A DNA stretch of 32,213 nucleotides from Octopus bimaculoides (lineage: Eukaryota), in assembly GCF_001194135.2 (NCBI RefSeq), contig NC_068997.1, positions 40,865,508 through 40,897,720 on the forward strand. The letters run 5' to 3'. Numbering within the stretch: position 1 is the stretch's first letter; every line of letters starts with the position of its first letter. The position numbers were made by a program, and so were the translations under genes. This document shows, piece by piece, positions 11,891 to 22,849 of the stretch. Below the pieces are notes generated by a model that saw nothing but the letters and a program-made list of their open reading frames with translations, searched no databases and was not told the DNA's origin.

Positions 11891-12875
11891 CAAGCTCCCC
11901 AACCATTAATGTCAGTACGGGGTTGTGTATTATTTGGTACTGGGCCGTACAGAAAGAATCAATTTTTTAGTGTATTGACCACCATAGTTTGCAGACTGTA
12001 TTATTTTGAAAAATTAGCTCTTCCGTCTGAGCCCCACGTCTAAGTAACAGGTTTTTCATGCACCAATAAATGAAGCTCACCAGATAAATGTAACAATAAA
12101 ATGAACGCTAAATTCCGCATTAAAGGTGTGTTCGCGCGCGCGTGTCTGCATGTGTTTGTATGTGTGTGTATACAACGTAATAATGTATGTATATGTATAN
12201 NNNNNNNNNNNNNNNNNNNNNNNNNNNNNNNNNNNNNNNNNNNNNNNNNNNNNNNNNNNNNNNNNNNNNNNNNNNNNNNNNNNNNNNNNNNNNNNNNNNN
12301 NNNNNNNNNNNNNNNNNNNNNNNNNNNNNNNNNNNNNNNNNNNNNNNNNNNNNNNNNNNNNNNNNNNNNNNNNNNNNNNNNNNNNNNNNNNNNNNNNNNN
12401 NNNNNNNNNNNNNNNNNNNNNNNNNNNNNNNNNNNNNNNNNNNNNNNNNNNNNNNNNNNNNNNNNNNNNNNNNNNNNNNNNNNNNNNNNNNNNNNNNNNN
12501 NNNNNNNNNNNNNNNNNNNNNNNNNNNNNNNNNNNNNNNNNNNNNNNNNNNNNNNNNNNNNNNNNNNNNNNNNNNNNNNNNNNNNNNNNNNNNNNNNNNN
12601 NNNNNNNNNNNNNNNNNNNNNNNNNNNNNNNNNNNNNNNAAATAAGTACCAGTTGAACGCTGGGGTCAATGTGATCGACTAGACCCCTTCCCCAAAATTT
12701 GCTGACCTTGTGCCAAAATTTAAAATCAATAATTATAATTTCATTACATATGTAATAATTAAATTTTGTATTCCACATATTGTTTTGTCATGCGCGTGAC
12801 CCCCCCCCCAAACACTGTGGGGATATTGCTTTGCATGAAACGGGTCCGTGATGTAAAAACGGTTGGGGACCGCTG
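11891..12875. mobile_element. hAT (Charlie-like) non-autonomous element / MITE, interrupted by a gap and a SINE
   Basis: Left end caagctccccaacc (11891-11904) versus right end ggttggggaccgctg (12861-12875, reverse complement cagcggtccccaacc). The left 8-bp flank gtatagag fits the NTNTANAN Charlie-type target; the right flank ggaaaggg matches it at 5/8. Confidence 0.55.
12640..12722 (+). mobile_element. SINE family B 3' part
   Basis: aataagtaccagttgaacgctggggtcaatgtgatcgactagaccccttcccc...ccttgtgccaaaattt, homologous to 23188-23404 and 31337-31568. The head lies in the gap. Confidence 0.8.
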
Positions 12876-12937
12876 GGAAAGGGTTTAATCCTCTCTGTTA
12901 TGTGTCATTGGTATTTAGTCTAGTTACCTTGTTTGTC

Positions 12938-13145
12938 GAAGGCGCATAGTCCAGTGGTTAAGCTGTTGCACTCACGATTGCTAGATCGAGGGTTCGATTC
13001 CAGTCCCCCTTCAATCAGTGGGGATGTTGGCCTACTCACCTAGCCAGCGAGGTGGCGTCATTTGAAAGTTAAAACAATGCAACAGTACATTGTGACCAGC
13101 GATGTGTAACATCTGATAGTCTGGTCGGTCACATGATCACTTGAT
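12938..13145 (+). mobile_element. tRNA-derived SINE, family D
   Basis: tRNA-like head gaaggcgcatagtccagtggttaag with B box ggttcgattcc at 12991-13001, followed by a non-tRNA body ending ggtcacatgatcacttgat. Confidence 0.7.
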
Positions 13146-14224
13146 GACCTTCTCTTGTGATCTTGTCATGTGGCCTAGTCACTTCGGACTTTGAGCAAGT
13201 GATGAATAAGACTGGAGATCCATATTTGTCTGTTCGCCATCTCCTAGGCTGTGTAGACACATAGTTTAATGATTTGAAGATATTTTAAGTTATGGCCTTC
13301 TGATTATTCAAAAGAATTCAGTATTAAAGAAATATGACGTCTTGCGATGAAAAACATTATCATGACAGAAGTTCTAGAAAGGAATGAAATTAAGCTAATA
13401 GGGAAGCCAAAGCAAAGAATATCCCAATGTGGCCCTTCTCAATCCGTTCTATCGTTTATCGAAATCTGACACTTCTAACAGATCTGTTGAATCAGATTGA
13501 ATTGAACTACGCAGTTTGTGGAGAAGCCATTTGCGAACTGTGTGTGGATGATCTTAAAACTGAATGAAAACGATGTCAATAAACTGGAAATTGCGCTACA
13601 AATAGTAACAGAATTGAATATTCTGTTACAATAAACACCCTTGAATAGACGCTGGACTTAAAGAGTGTGTCCAAGTCATTTATAGAATTTACATTCTCAG
13701 AATGTAAAGAACCGGAACAAAACTATGTTTTCGACATTCTTAAAGATTCTGAAAGCTCACTCCTTGTTTTCAGTGACGAAATAATAATGAGAAATAGCAC
13801 TGACATATAAAATCATTTCTTAATCTTTTTACTTTTTTCTTTTTTACTCGTGACGATACAGATATCGTTCAAATAGTTTTAGTATAAACAAAGTGAGTCT
13901 ACGACATAGCTTCTACATGATCTCCCGACTTGTCTGTGAGATAAAGCACTAAATGTTTCAGAAATTACACCTTAAAAATAACTCAAGCTGGATTATAGTG
14001 CAAGGTATGTTGTCAGAAAATCAGCTGAATTAGTGATGGTTAGAATACTCTGATTAACTAATTAAATAAGATATCAGTTGGCGTTAAACGATAGCAACTT
14101 ACTGTACCAGTTATTCATCAAGGCTCAAGGGTCGATGTCCTAAATGCACTCCTGTCATCGTTCGTAATTTACTTCGTAGAGAGTCATCTCTTGCACTGGA
14201 GTAATATATGTAAGTATGATAGAT

Positions 14225-14400
14225 CGCTAACCACCACACTCATTTTTTTCTCTCCTTGTTTCTTTCTGTGTTCTTTTCTGTAGAAGAGCGTAGGCTCGAA
14301 ACGTTAAAGACTTTTTCAATTCCCGAGTGTTATACTAATACATACGTTTGTTTTCTACGCCACCTGTCTTCATTTGTTGGGGTTTTTTTTGTGATTTCTT
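14225..14400 (+). mobile_element. dispersed repeat family C (probable Penelope pseudo-LTR-like non-autonomous element)
   Basis: gaagagcgtaggctcgaaacgttaaagacttt...cccgag.gtta.actaata...acctgtcttc is shared with 27175-27325 (-) and 31700-31835 (+). Confidence 0.8.
14272..14310 (+). ncRNA. minimal hammerhead-like motif (variant core)
   Basis: TCTTTT CTGTAGA A GAGC GTAG GCTC GAAAC GTT AAAGA. Confidence 0.4.
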
Positions 14401-14959
14401 CCTATATATATATATGAGGGTATTATTGTTTATAATAATAATAGTGGCCTAGCATGCGTAAAAAACCCATAATGGTAAAAAANNNNNNNNNNNNNNNNNN
14501 NNNNNNNNNNNNNNNNNNNNNNNNNNNNNNNNNNNNNNNNNNNNNNNNNNNNNNNNNNNNNNNNNNNNNNNNNNNNNNNNNNNNNNNNNNNNNNNNNNNN
14601 NNNNNNNNNNNNNNNNNNNNNNNNNNNNNNNNNNNNNNNNNNNNNNNNNNNNNNNNNNNNNNNNNNNNNNNNNNNNNNNNNNNNNNNNNNNNNNNNNNNN
14701 NNNNNNNNNNNNNNNNNNNNNNNNNNNNNNNNNNNNNNNNNNNNNNNNNNNNNNNNNNNNNNNNNNNNNNNNNNNNNNNNNNNNNNNNNNNNNNNNNNNN
14801 NNNNNNNNNNNNNNNNNNNNNNNNNNNNNNNNNNNNNNNNNNNNNNNNNNNNNNNNNNNNNNNNNNNNNNNNNNNNNNNNNNNNNTGTGTGTGTGTGAAA
14901 TTGGAACCTAACGCAGCCTTGTCGACAGTAAGTCTTTACATTTGTAAATAATTTCTGCG

Positions 14960-15290
14960 ACTCCACACTCTGTTTTCTTTCTTTCTGTTTATCCCTTTAT
15001 AATCTTTTATACTTTCCGTCTCTCCCCCTCCTTTGCTGTCTTCTTTCTTCCACTCCTTACTATCTTGCGTTCCTTCTCCCGTCTCCTCACTCACTTTGTT
15101 TCTTTCCCTCATCTTCTCTCTTGTCCCCCTTCCCCTCTGCCTGTTGCTCACACGTGACTACAGGCTAATTTCTCTCGCCCCTGTCTTTTCTGGCCAAGAC
15201 GTCTACCGAACTGGACGTCATTCTTCTCACCTCTCGACATTTTTTCTCTACTATTTTCTTCTCTCCCCTTTATTCTATTTCCTTTAAAAA
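14960..15290. repeat. pyrimidine-rich (CT) low-complexity tract
   Basis: The plus strand is predominantly C/T. Confidence 0.8.
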
Positions 15291-15794
15291 TTTATTCCAT
15301 GCGTTACCCATTACAATTCGTCGTGGCCTAACGGACCTTAATGTTTGTCTTCGTCGATTGTTTACTTTGTACGTCCACTTTGTTGTTTTTTGCTCGTTCG
15401 CTCTTTCGAAGCCCTAATTCTCCACAAATTTTATCCTTTTGAAATTTCTGGATGTTGCTGTCTAATGAAATTTTCCTATCTTGTCGTTAAAAGCACGAAA
15501 TAGGGAATAGTAAAACAGTCGACAACTGACGAGTGAGCTATCTTCTTTTGTTCAGTATTTTGTTCTGTACTTATTTCTATCTTGCGTTCCTTTTTCACTC
15601 GTTGGTGATGTCCTGTATTTTATGTGTAATTTATATATATATAGTTTGTACTGGCCTCGAATCGTATAAGCTGTAATAATGAAGTCCAACTAAATAATGA
15701 TATTCTGAAATCATTTAATACGTACATTTCAGGTTTGCGTAATATATAACAAGAAATGCATCCATTACATAAACCTTTCTCAATTGAAACATTT

Positions 15795-15832
15795 CTACAT
15801 ACATAAATTCATACATACATACATACATACAT

Positions 15833-15865
<33 letters not shown>

Positions 15866-15895
15866 TACATACATACATACATACATACATACACG
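15795..15895. repeat. (CATA)n/(CA)n compound microsatellite
   Basis: Direct inspection. Confidence 0.95.
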
Positions 15896-16109
15896 TGCAT
15901 ATATACATATATAAATATTGTTCCATTTTCCTGCTTTGTTTTTTTTTGTTTTTTGTTTTTTTAACTGACACATTTTCCATCCAATGACTGATCCCTGATA
16001 AATATTTTTAGTTATAAATAGCAGGTCTCAGTTATCGTAGATCAGTCACGTAATCAGCTGCATAAACGAAACTCTGAGCAATATCAGCGAGTAATCTTTA
16101 CATTACTGT

Positions 16110-16110
16110 T

Positions 16111-16195
<85 letters not shown>

Positions 16196-16196
16196 G

Positions 16197-16227
<31 letters not shown>

Positions 16228-16228
16228 G

Positions 16229-16291
<63 letters not shown>

Positions 16292-16310
16292 GGATGGATG
16301 GATGGATGGA
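16110..16310. repeat. (GATA)n/(GGAT)n microsatellite
   Basis: About 200 bp of AGAT units grading into GGAT. Confidence 0.98.
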
Positions 16311-17272
16311 TGTGTGAGAAAGAAAATATAAAGAGATATCACAATTTTGGGTGGGGCATAAATATACTATTTTCGTTCCTCCTAGCGTTTTCGGAAATAT
16401 TCACCCATTGTAAGATACCTGTGACACATGGAAGTGTCCGGCAATAAACGGCTGGATATAAGTTGGCGGGTAGTATAAATGTTTATGACACTGGTGTGTA
16501 GTAGAAATAAATATTTATCCTATAAGCATACTTGCTGAGTAACTGTGGTGGTGGAAGAGGAGAATTTACTAATGCTTTGGAAAGAGAAATAAAGAAGAAG
16601 AAGAAGAAGAAGAAGAAGAAAACAATGGAAGATTCGACGATAATAAATGAATGCAGTGAGGAATAAAAAAAAGTTAGGTGACAGTGCTATGTAGGAGGAG
16701 GCCAGGGAAAGGTTTTTATATTTAAAAAAATAAAAGAATTTAAAAGAAAATTAGGAAGTGACGGGGAGACAAGGTTGGAAGTTAAAGAGAGTGGAAGGAG
16801 GAGAAGTGGAGTAGAGAGGGAAGGCGAGGGATGAAAGGAGAGGAAGAAAGATAGAGAATGACAGAGTCGTAGGGTAGGAAGAGAGAATGAGTAGGGTGAG
16901 AGAGAGAGGGGGAGAGAGCGAGAGAGCGAGAGAGCAGACGATGAAGTTTGAGAGAAATTAGAAGGATGATTAAAAAAAAATAATAAAATGGTGGAGGAGA
17001 GTAAGTCAACAAAAGCAGGAATATATAAAAGGTTTTGGGGGGTTTTTTTTTAATTGTTTTTTTTTTTTTTTTTGAAGTATGGAAATACACATGATAGAAA
17101 AATTATATTGAATGTTTTTGGATGTTTCTACTAAAATTGGACACGAATAAACGATGATCCGGCTGACCTGAAATTTGAAACAAGACCGGACAGGAGTGTG
17201 AAGAGCGGTGAAGAGAAATGGAAGGGAGAAAAGGAACTAAAAGATGAGATGGGAACGAGAANNNNNNNNNNG

Positions 17273-17303
<31 letters not shown>

Positions 17304-17549
17304 ATTTGTGGAAAGGGTGAAATGAAGAGATAGATCGAAAGAGGGTTTTGGAAATGAAAAAAGTGAGCAGATAGGGAGAACGGTAGAGATGTAGAAGAGA
17401 AATAGAGATGTTATAAGGAGACTAAGGGAGAAATGGGGTAGAAGAGAGAGAAGGCTGAGGGAAAGAGTGAGGCTGAGAGAGAGGTTGGAAGAAAAGAGAA
17501 AGAGAGTGAGGCGTTGGAAAACCGAGAGAGAATGTGACATAGAGAAATA

Positions 17550-18020
17550 GAGAGAAGAGAGAGAGAGAGAAATAGAGAGATGGAAAGAAAGAATGAATGG
17601 GGAAGAGAGAGAGAGCGAAAGAGAGATATATATAAAGAGAGAGAAAGAGAAAGAGGGAACGAGAAAGAGAAAGAGAAAGAGGGAATGAGACAGAGAAAGA
17701 GAAAGAGGGAACGAGAGAGAGAGAAAGAGAAAGAGGGGGCGAGAGAGAGAGAGAGAGAAAGAGGGAACGAGAGAGAGAAAGAGAAAGAGGGAATGAGACA
17801 GAGAAAGAGAAAGAGGGAACGAGAGAGAGAGAAAGAGGGAGTGAGACAGAGAAAGAGAAAGAGGGAACGAGAGAGAGAGAAGGAGAAAGAGGGAACGAGA
17901 GAGAGAGAGAGAGGTTGGCTCAATAACAGATGATCATAAAGAGAGAAGCGAGTGATAAAAGAGAGACAAATTCTGGTAGACTGCAGAGAGAGAGGGGGAG
18001 AGAAGAGAGAGAGAGAGCGC
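17550..18020. repeat. GA-rich higher-order minisatellite
   Basis: Recurring unit gagaaagagaaagagggaac/gaatgagaca; the strand is almost purely purine. Confidence 0.9.
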
Positions 18021-18649
18021 GAGGGATTCAAAGAAGCAGACGATAGGAGTGAGAGTACAATTATTCTCGCAATTTCTTTTATTATTTCTATATCTTTCCA
18101 TCTCTCTTCACTATGTAAGACAATATTTCTTCAAGTTGTTTGAATTAATTTTTTCTCGGNNNNNNNNNNNNNNNNNNNNNNNNNNNNNNNNNNNNNNNNN
18201 NNNNNNNNNNNNNNNNNNNNNNNNNNNNNNNNNNNNNNNNNNNNNNNNNNNNNNNNNNNNNNNNNNNNNNNNNNNNNNNNNNNNNNNNNNNNNNNNNNNN
18301 NNNNNNNNNNNNNNNNNNNNNNNNNNNNNNNNNNNNNNNNNNNNNNNNNNNNNNNNNNNNNNNNNNNNNNNNNNNNNNNNNNNNNNNNNNNNNNNNNNNN
18401 NNNNNNNNNNNNNNNNNNNNNNNNNNNNNNNNNNNNNNNNNNNNNNNNNNNNGTACAATTATTCTCGCAATTTCTTTTATTATTTCTATATCTTTCCATC
18501 TCTCTTCACTATGTAAGACAATATTTCTTCAAGTTGTTTGAATTAATTTTTTCTCGGCTTTTTTTTTTCTTTTCCATTTTTATTTCTTTTTACTTCTTTT
18601 TCTTTTTCATCACTGGTGCGGGCGCCTTTGCAGTCGACGTCTCAAGGGG

Positions 18650-19120
18650 AACTTACACACACATACATAGATATGCACACATGCATACGCATACATTCAC
18701 ACACAAAACTTCTCACCAACATACATCAAACTCACATTCATAAACATGGATACACATACAAATATACATATACACACGCACTTACAGCATACGAACAGAG
18801 ACTGCCACACAGATATCATATACACAAATATACATGCACTCACATATAGACACACAGTTACACACGCACGTACACAAACACACACACACACACACATATA
18901 TATATACACACACACGCGCAAATATTGAGAAAAAATCCGACATACACACTCACAAATATATATCTACACACACTCATACATATACTTACACAGATAAACA
19001 AACTGACACACACATATAAACACACACACAAACTGAATACACTAACATATCTACACACAAACGCATTCATACTCACACAACAAACACACACATACACACA
19101 TACATGCAAACACAAACTAC
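18650..19120. repeat. degenerate CA/TA low-complexity tract
   Basis: Decayed (CA)n/(CATA)n. Confidence 0.85.
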
Positions 19121-20254
19121 AAAAGCAGGGAAAAAATATAGAAGTTTAGGTTTTTTTTTTCCTCCAAAAACTGCAGACGACTGAGAATAAAACGAGTTAG
19201 CTGAGAGGAAAAAGTTTCATTTTTTTCACTCTGTTTTCAATTCCTCTTTTTCCTTCATATTTTTCTCACTTTTTTTTACAATTTTCTTTGCTGATAAAAC
19301 TTTTTTTCCACTCTGCTATTATATATTTTTTCTCCATTTGCTTTCTATATTTAGTAAATCGTATAAAATCTCATACATTATTCCTGTATTTGGCAATTTT
19401 TGGTTCTTTCACTTTTTCTCTGTGTGTGAGTNNNNNNNNNNNNNNNNNNNTGTGTGTTAATGGTAGGGCACTGTTCCGGTTTTACTCCATACCAAGTTCT
19501 ACATGGAAATTTCGTTAAATGCGCAGGCGCGTAAACATATACCTATATTAATTAAAGTGCAATATACATACAAATACATACATACATACATACAAATACA
19601 TACATACATACATACATATATACATACACACATATGAAAGGCTGCTTGTTTTATTTTTTAAGGTTTGTTTATATATGATTTACATTTTTTTTTAGATTTT
19701 TTATATTTGAGGGGGGTTTTTTTGCCTTCTTTTCGATGGTGTCGCCTCAAACTATTGCTGTTTATCATCAATACAGCATTTGTGTGTAAGAGGAAAGAAA
19801 GAACATCAACGAAATAAATAGACAGAAGGGGAAAAGGAAATATCGAATATATTATTAACTTTATTCCTTGGGATGAAACACAAATAGTAATACAAATCAT
19901 AATAATCATGGTGATAATAAAAATAATGATGATCATCATTTCGAATATAGACACAAGGCCACAAAGACGGAGGGACAGTCGATTATATCGACCCCGGCGC
20001 TGAACTCACAACGTAAACATCTTGTCTAGTCCTCCTCTCCCGTCTCCCTTAACAACTAACCTGAATAAAACAATAAAAAAACAAATAATCGTTTCTAAAA
20101 TAGATGCAAAGCATGAAATCTGTGTGGTGAGGGTAGTCATTTAAATCGGCCTCAGTTTTTGACTGGTATCTTGTACTCTCCAGTCGCTTAAACGTCTCGG
20201 AAACCGATTTAAACTCCGGCCTGATGGCCGTGAAAGTTTGAAGCAGGCTTACCT

Positions 20255-20400
20255 GATTGGTATTATATTTTATCGAGCCTCAGATGGACGAAAAGTAAAG
20301 TTGACATTAGAGGGGTTTTAACTCGGAATGCAAAAAGCCGAAACCAAATACAGCAAGGCATTTTGTCCGACGCTCTAACGATTCTGCTAACATACCGCTA
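20255..20400 (-). mobile_element. SINE family B, old degenerate copy
   Basis: tttatcgagcctcagatggacgaaaagtaaagttgac...gcattttgtccgacgctctaacgattctgcta matches family B in reverse. Confidence 0.7.
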
Positions 20401-20529
20401 CTTAGGTAGACTGCACATGCACAGTAGAGAGTCGTAAAATTCAAGTGTCTCCCAACTTCTCGCTTTGATTCTACACTATCATGACAGAGAGGCTTGTATA
20501 CACCCGTAATAAACCCAGTTCTTAAATAT

Positions 20530-21990
20530 GAATGGGGACATTAGACAGTACACGAGAAATTGGATCAGTAACACCATAGACAGTATGAGTATAGACATAC
20601 CTAATCTGAAAAGGTCGTCCCAGAGTAAGACAAATGCGTGCAGGACGGTTTCATCGCAACGTGTGAATCGCAGTCAGGCTAAGTTAACGGCGCTTCCGTG
20701 CCTGCGGAGTTTATCTCGAACAGACAGTTCACATCCAACTCGTAGCACTTACGGATTTCTGGAAGTTGTCTAAAGTCGTGCATGCTGAATGTCCTCTGAA
20801 ATTGGTTGATCTGTTGATCTTCGTTGACGTCCAAATCCTCTCATTGAATGTCGTTGGTCTTGGTCGCCATTAACCCTGTCAAGAATGCAAACGTTGAATT
20901 TATACCATCTGCATTATTCGACTAATTGAAAACTGTGAGCGCCTGATGAAATATTGGACTCCAGATGAGATGTCCAATATTTGTATTCGTTTGATCCAGA
21001 TCTACCCCTTCGTCAAAGACAACCGAATCTCATTGACCAGAATTCCACATTAATACATTACATTTTCAGCTACGGTATATCGAATCCTCCCTGTAAAGGA
21101 TGCTGGAAGTAGGTGAATCCTCTGGTGACTGGAACATGTCTCCTCCACAAGAAGCAAAAGAGCAGATGTTACACATGTTACAGTCTAATCAGATGACAAC
21201 TGGAGCAAGGCAGAATAATTTGGCGTGAACAAATATCAGATTTTTTTCTCACCACGTATGTTCGACCTTTCAGAGATTGCTTTCGCTCAACCCATTTCTA
21301 GGTAGACTTAACACCCTAAGTGTAACATTATCCCAGTTCGTAGTGTAACCTGAAACAGAATCCAAACATCTTAAGAAAACCTTCAATCCAGTGAGCCACG
21401 ACGTTGGCCAGAATAGACTTGCCTTTCTGGGCCTCGAGGTGTAAGCCAACCAACTTTTCCTGGCTAATGCAATCTCCTGTTACTACTTGTTACAGGAGAA
21501 CGAATTACTCAGTGAAGTAAATCTATGAAGGCCAGAGTCAGGGTCACTGGATTAAAAGGCTTCTCAAGATGCTCAGGTTCCACCCACCTCAGTTTTTCTA
21601 GTATGAGACACCATGACGGTGACGTCATCCACGTATCCTCGTCGTTCGAGCGAGATAACTCTGCAACGCTTCTAACCTCCGCAACAATGGCTCGAAACTC
21701 AAAATATAGAGGAGCGATAAGAGAGGACAACCCTGATCATGTGATAAGAAGCCAAATGTTCTGACCACAACAAGACACCGTTGTATTTAGCAACAACCCG
21801 ACCTTTGAAAATGAGAACGATACCAGCTGCACTGGGAACTACCGTGAAGCACCGCCGGTCGATGCTATCCAGCTGGATCGATGCCCACCGGAGTCAAGTT
21901 TATTATTGACCCACTTTTTGATGATTCACTTATGATGGAGTTTCTCGTAAACAGACCCGCGAACAATTATGCTATATTTCTCAAACCATT
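20530..21990 (-). mobile_element. L1/Tx1-clade LINE ORF2 fossil (RT to C-terminal zinc knuckle)
   Basis: Minus-strand frames give QGCPLLSLLYILSFEPLLRRLE (QGCPL at 21721-21735), GYVDDVTV (21615-21638), VVTGDCISQEKLVGLHL...WIEGFLKMFG, FLWRRHVP..HPLQGGFDIP and VRDKLRRHGSAV...DETVLHAF. Many stops and frameshifts. Confidence 0.88.
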
Positions 21991-21992
21991 GT

Positions 21993-22000
21993 TAATAATG

Positions 22001-22094
<94 letters not shown>
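21993..22094. repeat. (AAT)n microsatellite
   Basis: About 100 bp, near-perfect AAT. Confidence 0.99.
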
Positions 22095-22095
<1 letters not shown>

Positions 22096-22457
22096 GTATG
22101 TTATATAGTTGATGTTGCATGCCCCTTTGACCCACGAATAGTCAAGAAGACGAAAAGTTAGATAGATACAACCCTCTTAAGTACGAAGTAGCCAGGCTAC
22201 GGAAAATGAAGAAGGTGAAGATAGTGCCAGTTATTGTTGAGGCCTTGGGAACAGTATCAAGAGGCATCAAGGGGAATATAAAAGAAATTAGAATAGAACA
22301 CCTAGTAGAACTGTTACAAAAGGTTTGTCCCCTTGGCACCGCCAGAATAATCAGGAAAGTATTAGATAGCTGAAATGAACGGATAGCATGGTACCGTAGA
22401 CTGCAGGTAGTAAGTCCGCTATGCATGCAATACTCCAACCTGTGATAAAGAGAAAAC
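22095..22457 (+). mobile_element. 5'-truncated R4/Dong-clade non-LTR retrotransposon (restriction-like endonuclease C-terminus and 3'UTR)
   Basis: VCYIVDVACPFDPRIVKK / KLDRYNPLKYEVARLRKMKKVKIVPVIVEALGTVSRG...LLQKVCPLGTARIIRKVLDS* with TGA at 22371-22373 and a single frameshift. Flanked by AAT repeats on both sides. Confidence 0.88.
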
Positions 22458-22493
22458 AATAATAATAACAACAACAAAAACAACAATAATAAT

Positions 22494-22682
22494 CCTTTCT
22501 ATTATAGATAAGGTTTGGGCGAGTACATCGACCCAGTACTCAATTGGTACTTATTTTAGCGACCCCGAAAGGATAAAAGGCAAAGCCGACCTCGATGGAA
22601 TTTTAGCTCAGAACGTGAAAACGAACAAAATGCTGCTAAGCATTTTGCCCGGCATGCTAACGATTCTGCCAGCACGCGGCCT
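22494..22682 (-). mobile_element. SINE family B
   Basis: The reverse complement starts aaggccgcgtgctggcagaatcgttagcatgccgggcaaaatgcttagc and ends ...tataatagaaagg followed by (att)n. Confidence 0.88.
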
Positions 22683-22849
22683 TGATAACAACAACAATTT
22701 GAAACACAAGGCCAGTTGTTTCGAGAAAGGGATTAGTCGATTACGTGGACCACGTACATATTATCATATTATCTCAAGGCAAATAAAAGTTACACTGTAT
22801 TCATAAGAAAAATATGTTAGACTTTTTTATTCTCACTACACGTTTACCT

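Noticed and set aside
12938-13010. tRNA gene candidate
   Set aside because: A/B boxes are present, but there is no closing acceptor stem or poly-T terminator and the sequence continues into a SINE body.
13160-13750. Possible RTE-like LINE remnant or host exon
   Set aside because: Only faint motif resemblance, with no sustained frame or splice signals.
4-19149. Many ORF-track entries such as [32 protein letters not shown] and long X runs
   Set aside because: These are translations of microsatellites or N gaps, with no coding signal.
20205-20240. ctgatggccgtgaaagttt hairpin resembling a PLE hammerhead
   Set aside because: The core is incomplete (CTGATGG) with no GUH or stem III; it folds as a simple hairpin.
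20943-20982. CTGATGA followed by an 11-bp perfect hairpin (aaatattggac/gtccaatattt) as a possible hammerhead
   Set aside because: There is no GAAA after the stem and no NUH or stem III. It lies antisense within the Tx1 fossil.
21080-21764. Plus-strand Gypsy-like RT reading and ORFs 20528-20773 and 21525-21764
   Set aside because: The minus strand gives much better, collinear Tx1 motifs, so the plus ORFs are antisense shadows.
21881-22108. Poly-Ile ORF (and the poly-Ile/Thr ORF at 26552-26791)
   Set aside because: Read-through of (AAT)n/(TAG)n tracts.
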